From contig OX597836.1 of NCBI GenBank assembly GCA_951406725.2, positions 1,612,001-1,676,000 of the forward strand: 64,000 nucleotides of DNA, given 5' to 3'. The notes below the pieces were generated by a model, which was not told where the DNA came from, did not search any database, and was given only the letters and a program-made list of their open reading frames with translations. The position numbers and the translations under genes are program-made. Shown here one piece after another: positions 55,990-64,000 of the stretch (position 1 is its first letter; every line of letters starts with the position of its first letter). Origin of the DNA: Octopus vulgaris. Lineage: Eukaryota.

Positions 55990-57233
55990 GCTATTATTAT
56001 TATTACTATTATCGGCATCGGACGGGAATTCCATTCTCGAAACATGGTCAGTTTTCTCTAAATATATTTCACTTTCGCCGTATTCACCCGCTGAAAATGT
56101 AATTACTCTTTTTGCCAATATACCCAGGGTTCCACTGAAAAAAATTGAGCCTATTTTAGTCGCAGAACCGGAATAACCCCCGTCCCCATGCGTTAACGAT
56201 TAGGGAATTTATGTTGAGCAACACCTTCTCGTGCAAGACGAATCCAGTTGTTCGCAGAGTGTATAGTGAAGATTGTGACATCACCTTTCAATCGACAGAG
56301 AAATGAGGCAGCTCTTTCTCTGGTTAGTGATTATGATGAATTTGGCTGTGTGGTAGACCCGTCTGAAAAGCTTCGAGACAAGCACTTGCCTAACTGGTTA
56401 AACTCTCTTTAATTTATTTTTAAATAGAGAGGTGGGTGTTGCTTTCAAGTGTACTTATCGGACCGCGTATGAGTGTTGTAAGTCTGGTGAGAGTGAATGG
56501 ATCGAATGTAAATGGAAACAAAGTCGGAAGATGGCACATCACATGACTTTGAGTAATCTAGGATATTTGGTGTGGAACTTTCCCCGAACTAATATAAATG
56601 CAATATCTCGCTACTGCGGGTTCGGTACATTAAATATATATTTTACTAAGATCTATGTTTTTATCATTTTATTATCTCATTGTCGTAGTACTCAACTTTG
56701 GTCGATGTAAAACCTCTACAGTCCTTAGATATGGTCCTTAATGTCGTCGTCATAATCATCATCATTATCATCATCATGTTGCTGTTGTGTGGCGTTCCTA
56801 AATGTCTTCAGTTATTGCCATCTCTCATTTTCAGCATCCCACCTCATTTTACGTCGCTTTTCACTAAATTTTATTTATTTGACACAGTTACTATTTTTCA
56901 GTTGTACTATTGTCGATTTCGCCCTTGTAAATCTCAATGTAAAACCCTTCCCCTGCGTCTTGTGGTCTCTCTCTTTGTATGGTCACCTAATGTCTCGGCC
57001 CTCTTGGCCAATAAAATAAATTATTTTATTACTTTTGTCCGTCGATTTCTTATCTTTCGTATTAACTGACGAGTGTTATATAGTGATTTATGAGTTGGTT
57101 TATCGGCCCATTACAACAACAACCCTCTCGGGTGCAATAGAACTGTACGCTTGCAGTAATTGCTTAAGTGTGTGTGTGCAAGCACACACACGCACAAACA
57201 CATGTACTTATGGTGCATGTACGTACTTACGTA

Positions 57234-57265
<32 letters not shown>

Positions 57266-57562
57266 CGTAAGTACGTACATGTAAGTACGTATATATATAT
57301 TTATATATATGTATATATATATGTGTGTGTGTGTGAATTTACGTGTGTATTTGTAATCCAATGTTTACACACAGAAGCGCATATATATATATATATTCGA
57401 ATATTGTGTGCATATATGTGATTGCAAATACGTTTAATTATACATAAACACATACGTAAATACATACAAACATACATTTATATTTTCCACACATATACAA
57501 ACACACGCGCACAGGAACTCCCACCCTTCAATATATCAGTTGCACAACTCGCGCAAAGGCAC

Positions 57563-57599
<37 letters not shown>

Positions 57600-57726
57600 T
57601 TGTTCAAGCAAGCATGTGTTTCGTGTATAATGTGTATTGTTTATTTGAAAATCCCATGGATTGACAAGTTTTGATGCAATGTATATTGTTTTCTGATATG
57701 GAAGTTGACACGAGTATAAACACACT

Positions 57727-57769
<43 letters not shown>

Positions 57770-57772
<3 letters not shown>

Positions 57773-58275
57773 AGTTCAGTAAAAATTTAGATTCAGTTGA
57801 ATATGGTACTTAAGTTAAAGGCACAGAAGTTGGCATGGTATTATCCATATAATTAAATGGGTGATTACAATCAAAATTAGCAACAAGGATATCCACTGGA
57901 TATCCTTGTTGCTTATTTTGTTCAAAAAGCAATAAAGATTCAAGTTAATTTAAATGAATTTACTTGAATATGGTACCTAACTTAGATCCAAAAAAAAAAC
58001 TATACTTCACAGTAATGTGGGGTGATGCTATTAAAACTTTTTAAAATTCTGTGATAAGACTGTACATCATCTTTAAAGAACTTTATGAACTTTGGAAATC
58101 TGTTTATGTTACTTAATTATCTACATTACTTCATGAGTATAGCCTCAACCAATAGGATGTCTAGAGAACTCACATGTATTTTAGCTGATGAGTACGGGAC
58201 ACGTTTATATGCTGTAATTTTTGCAACTTTTAATAAAGCCTGTCCTTGTATGAAACGATTGTACTAAAAACCTAT

Positions 58276-58280
<5 letters not shown>
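57770..58280 (+). mobile_element. Short non-coding element between two (TA)n tracts, with an internal palindrome and a 3' HHR
   Basis: Flanked by (TA)n on both sides. Palindrome at 57872-57920 and HHR at 58179-58269. Confidence 0.7.
58179..58269 (+). ncRNA. Type I hammerhead ribozyme motif, intact core, extended stem II
   Basis: TTTTAG-CTGATGA-GTACGGGACA...TGTCCTTGTAT-GAA-ACGATTGT-A^-CTAAAA. Perfect 6 bp stem I and a GUA site. Confidence 0.87.
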
Positions 58281-58331
<51 letters not shown>

Positions 58332-58989
58332 GGATGTATTTGTATATTATTTATTGCACATATATGCAAGTCTACGTTTCTGTGTCTGCATACAGAAGTA
58401 CTAACAAGGCTTCTTCCCCTCTCTCTGTGTTATACAACAGCCACTCTTTCGCCATGAAGTTATGCCCACTTGCACCTTTATATATATTAAAGATGAAGGG
58501 AATCCGTACGATATCAGGTGGATTATCATAAAACCGCCGGTATTCTATATCAACTGGAGAGGATGCTGCAAGCGTTGTGTATATTTGTGCGAGCAAGGAT
58601 CCTCAAAGACTCCCTAGGACAAGAATTGCTAAATTCCCAGCAAGAAATTTATAAATCCTGCACCCATTTTAAACGCTACCTGCTTTAGTTACGGGATACT
58701 CCATTCAATGAATAGAAAAAAAAATAAAAGGTCTTTACAAGCTAATACTAACCTAAGCACTGATTTCCCCGTTCATGTTTTTGACATTATGTACTGGTCT
58801 AAGGGAGATAATCCGTACTCGCCGACCTGGACTGTTTATTCTTAGATTACGAACTGACCGTAACGGGTTTCTACCTTCCGAAGAACCACGTGGCTTTAAC
58901 CATTAGAGTCTGAGGAGTCGTTCAGTGGGCTGAGGCCTTTATGGTTGCAAAACTCTTGTCATTCTCTGAGAGACATATACCTAACAGCC

Positions 58990-59009
58990 TATCTATCTAT
59001 CTATGTATG

Positions 59010-59048
<39 letters not shown>

Positions 59049-59069
59049 GTATCTATCTACCTATCTATG

Positions 59070-59113
<44 letters not shown>

Positions 59114-59134
59114 CATCCATCTATCTATCTATCC

Positions 59135-59168
<34 letters not shown>

Positions 59169-59191
59169 TTCTATGCTTCTATCCATCCATA

Positions 59192-59283
<92 letters not shown>

Positions 59284-59291
59284 CATCCATC

Positions 59292-59352
<61 letters not shown>
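58990..59352. repeat. (TATC)n microsatellite
   Basis: Directly visible. Confidence 0.97.
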
Positions 59353-59687
59353 ACTATTTCTATGCATCTATTTCCCTGTCTATCTATATATCTATGTATC
59401 TATATATGTACATACATACACACATGCATACTCGCACACATACACGCACACACATACACACACCCACACACACATATATATACATATGTGTATACGCACA
59501 CCTATCTGCTGTATTATGTATGCAAGTGCGAACGCATCTCACTCGCATATGGACACACACATACAAACACACATCTTAATGACAAGAATAAATATTTCTT
59601 TGATGAAAAGGACTTCTTTCTTCGTGTAGTGTTTCATTAAATAGAAAAATTTAATTTGAAAGTGATAATAGATAAAAGGGCTCAAAC

Positions 59688-59885
59688 CAGGGTCCCCCAA
59701 ACGTTTTAGACCATCGACCCAATTAATGGCATCCTTGACCCCACATTAACTCCCCCCAATCCCTGGCATGTACAAGAAAATAAATAAATAATAATAATGA
59801 TTATTAAGTAGATGTGCATTTATCAACCCCTTGAATAGTTCCACCGACACACAGGGTTCAATATCGCCCACTTTGGAGACCCCTA
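59688..59885. mobile_element. hAT-type MITE with 8 bp target-site duplication
   Basis: TIRs CAGGGTCCCCCAAAC / CTTTGGAGACCCCTA. Flanks GCTCAAAC and GCGCAAAC match at 7 of 8 positions. Confidence 0.8.
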
Positions 59886-60462
59886 GCGCAAACGAAATAA
59901 ACATAGGGCAAAATAAATGTTCTTATCTTAAAATACATATATGCCAAGTGTAAGAACTATATACAGATCCTGTCGAACGGTAGCAGAATGTTTCTGATTC
60001 TATACACTCTGGTGCCGTCGTAACTGACCTCCAGGAAATTCTAACGACATTCGGAAAGCAAGTCATAAAGTTCAGATCTTATTTGTCTGGATCTCCTTTG
60101 AATTTGATTGCAGTTAAGAGGGAGTCGATGTAACTAAAAGTTTTATTTGCGTTCAAACCGCATCTATTTGTTGAAGGTCAATTAACCACATGAAATCACT
60201 TAGATATATATGTGTGTGCATATCATTCATAAATTGGCAGACTTTGAATGTCAAAGGGATCTTTGAAATAATTATTGTGGCCACAATAATAACGTTAAAT
60301 TTCTGTAAAATATCCAAGTCAAATCATCATGCATAAATAAAACCGTGAATTTTAAGTTTTCAGTGAAATATTTTTATTAACGAAAAATAATGTTTCCTGG
60401 GAATTTTTTGAAAGTTTCACATCATCAAATATTTAATTAGAAAATGTCGATCGGCTTCAACA

Positions 60463-60650
60463 TTTGATAGAAGGCAGCAAATTGGGGCAAAAGGGGGTAA
60501 TTCGATTACATCTCTCCCAGTTCCTTTTTTATTGATCACGAAAACGATGACAAGTAAAATGGACCGTGTCGGCTTTTGGATTTAAAATGCAACAACGGAC
60601 AAAATGCCGCTATGTATTTTGTCCGCTAATTTTTCTGCCGGCTCGACGTC
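60463..60650 (-). mobile_element. Old SINE family A copy, tail type 2
   Basis: AAGGCAGCAAATTGGGG..TCGATTACATC..CCCAG..GGACAAAATGCCGCTA is similar to the reverse complement of 11237-11446. Confidence 0.6.
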
Positions 60651-61530
60651 TTATTTAATTATAAAATATAATTACATTACAGGCAGCAGAATAAACAGTT
60701 CTTTAGTGAAATATTTTAGACACCTCAAACATAAATGGGGCAGAAATAACATTCAATGAATCGATATAGGTGTACAGCAGACGAAACTGTTTAAAGACTG
60801 AAAGCTTGAATAATACCTTGTCAAGTATTATGTTTTTTTTTCTAAAGGTACTATTTTCATAGCAATTCTCCTTTTAATGGTGTAGAAGTGAAACATATTC
60901 AAAAATAAAACAAATCTTCATGTTTTTACTTTTATGTGGCATAAGGGAATCCAGTGAATAAATTGAATGAATTCCCCGTTTTCATATTTTGTTTCTCTAA
61001 ATAAAATACTTCAAAAACCATCTTAATACGACGAGAGAATGTGATAGACAGTCGCACAGCCGGACGGAAAGAAAAGCAAGGTATTTATAACATAGACGAC
61101 TTCAGACCTGAAGGACATATCTAGTAATATTACCCATGATATACAAATAGGCAGGAAGGTCAAGAATGGATACCTGGAGTTAAACGATAACAATAAAAAC
61201 AACGCGAATAAAAGCAACAAACAGCCAGACAAAGTAGAAAAACCAAAAAATAAAGCAGTTCTAGACAATCTAGCCATGCCTGAAATTATAAACAATTCTC
61301 CTTCTACATTATTTACGCTCGTCTTTGCAATTTCTGGAAAGCAAAACAATAGAAAAAAAACGCCTCTCAGTACGTTTCTCATTCAATACCTCGTTCTTAC
61401 TTTCTTTCTCCCTCCTCTCTTTCTCTCTCTCTCTCTTTCTTCCTAGTTATTTTTCTCTCTTTTTCTCTTGGCGTTTCAGTCTCTGTTTCTCTCTTCCCTT
61501 TTAACATCTTTCCTCTCTCTCTCTCTTTCA

Positions 61531-61561
<31 letters not shown>

Positions 61562-62234
61562 ATTTTCTCCATCCTTCCTTTGTTATTTTATTTATTCACT
61601 TCTTCCTTTTTTATGCACATTCTTTTCCTTGCAACTTTCTTCCCTTATTTTTGCTTATTTTCTTTCTTCTCCCTTCCTCTCCTTTTCCTTTTCTTCATCC
61701 TTTTTCCCCATTCTTTCAAATTCTTCTTTTTCTTCTTCTTTTTTTTATAGCTCGTCTTTGTGTCTGATCGTCTGCGAGTTTATTTTCTTTTCCAGAAATC
61801 TTTTCATACATATTTTTTAAAATGCTTTCCATTACAAACAAATTATTTTTTTCAGAGTGAATATTTTCCTTGTTGAATATGTGTTTGTTGTTGTTTTTCG
61901 TTATCATTGTTCTTGTTACTATTGTAATTCTCGTCCTATTGTTTTATTATTGTTGTTTAAGTATGTTTTGATCTTTTGTTTGTCGTTTCCACAAGAATGC
62001 CGCCATTTTTTCCCTTGTTGCACAATTCCAATCTGATTCTTTCTTTTCATGTAAAGAGACAATGATCGAGCGAAATCATTGTCAATATTGTCGCTGCTAT
62101 CAGGATCAGGAACATGCTACTACTCTTTCCTCTCCTGCTCCCCCTCCTCCTCTTCCTTCTCTTCCTCCGCCTCCTCCTCCTCTTCATCATCATCACAACA
62201 CCATAACTACCACAACCAATATTACTGTAACACT

Positions 62235-62412
<178 letters not shown>

Positions 62413-62934
62413 TTGTCGCCCCAATCCTCATCATCCTTCTTTCTATTTCGTTATCGCCAATATTGAGGACATATTCTCAATATATTTATTGCATTATCGT
62501 AATTATCATAATTAGTGTAATTCTTTTTTCATTATACTCTCTAATTGATATTGCTCCTCTTGTTGCTGCTGTTCTTCCTCTTATTTCTTTTTTTTTTATA
62601 TTATGTTTTGCTACTTTCTGTGTCTGTCTCATAAAATTATCATAACATTACTTGCCAGAGTATGGCCCCTCTCACATTTCCTACTATTTTACGTATTTTG
62701 TGGATATATTTCTAAGTTATTTTCTCAATTTTTTTGGTATGTGTTTGGTCTATCTTTGTAGTTTGTTCTCATTTATTTTCAATCACTTGATCGCTCGTTA
62801 AGCGAGTTTCTGTTAAACAGTTTCTTTTATGGGTCTTTTTTTCTATGACCGATGTGATGGTACCGCGTTGGCTAGGCGAGCACGGATGCATTTCCCACCC
62901 CCTTCGTAAAGCCAGTCCTTCACGGGGGTAATCT

Positions 62935-63060
62935 ATTTACAGCTGAGTGACCGGGAGCAACGTGAGATGAAGTATTTTTTTCAAGAACACAGCACTGCGC
63001 TCGCTTCGGGAATCGAACCCACGATCTAACTGTCAGGAGCGCAACTACCTGACCACCAGT
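62935..63060 (-). mobile_element. SINE family C head
   Basis: Minus strand: TGGTCAGGTAG...GGGTTCGATTCCC (B box)...GTGTTCTTGA..CACGTTGCTCC.GTCACTCAGCTGTAAAT. Confidence 0.75.
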
Positions 63061-63065
63061 CCACT

Positions 63066-63125
<60 letters not shown>

Positions 63126-63682
63126 CACATGTTTATGCGATCATTTATTTATTCATATACATTAAAGTAAAGAAGTAAAGAAGGATTTTTTGAACTGCAC
63201 ACCACGCAAACTCCGTCTCACGTTGAGCAGCATGAATGAAGTGGTTTTCATTCTAGGAACAAATATAACCTCATTGCCGAAATCCGAAACCACAGCCGAT
63301 CGTACGGACGCCTCACATGGTCATAATCAGATAAGCTGTGGGAGAGTATCTAAGTGTAGTTTTGGCAATTTTACAACTGTCCAATTTCCACGATGAATGA
63401 CAGGTTTTCTGTTTTTCATAATATAAAATTGGAGACAGCCAAAATCTTCGGAGACGGAGCTAAGTATTTCCATTTCATGTTTGAAAATATAACGCTGTAA
63501 TTACTGACAAATATCATGAACCAGATATTGCTGAAATTATATGGAAGGCTCATTGTTAAAGTCTATAAGATAATTTTAAATTATGTATTTGCCAAAACGG
63601 CACCGTCGTCTCTGAAATATAATAATACTTCCTTAAACATGAACATAGACACACAGGTTTTTATACATATGCGCATACATAA

Positions 63683-63755
<73 letters not shown>

Positions 63756-64000
63756 AACAGAATCTTACACACAAACACACACATATAGCATGAGAATATT
63801 GGGGATTATTGAGAAAATATTGATGAGGTGTACGCGTCGCTTTTCATGAATATATGCGCAGAAAATGTTCGAGACGAGATTTGCATAGACGCATTCGACG
63901 TCTGCCTAAATAAAGAGAAACCTATATAAATATGTGATGTGTGTTGGAAGGCGGGAGAAAGGGGGAGGAAGGAAATGGGGAGTGAAAGGGAGGGAGAGAG

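Overview
AT-rich, microsatellite-saturated eukaryotic DNA. The repeat families look like octopus/cephalopod ones (inference from SINE motifs; not database-checked). I can support no intact host gene, and nearly all listed ORFs are translations of simple repeats. Recognisable content is decayed mobile DNA: a mariner transposase relic, RTE and CR1-like LINE fragments, a 5'-truncated R4/Dong-type non-LTR element in a (TAA)n tract, a Penelope-like (PLE) fragment with a GIY-YIG endonuclease, a composite non-autonomous Helitron, hAT MITEs and three tRNA-derived SINE families. The most notable signal is a set of at least seven type I minimal hammerhead-ribozyme (HHR) motifs with different helix sequences. 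Five have an intact CUGANGA...GAAA...GUH core, and most have a palindromic or near-palindromic stem III. They sit in short elements mostly at (TA)n tracts, one pair lies in the arms of a long fold-back palindrome, and one follows the GIY-YIG ORF. This suggests a diverse, microsatellite-targeted system of ribozyme-bearing PLE ends or retrozyme-like elements. HHRs in PLEs are known in general; what may be new is the local diversity and the fold-back forms. All structures were paired by eye and element boundaries are approximate.
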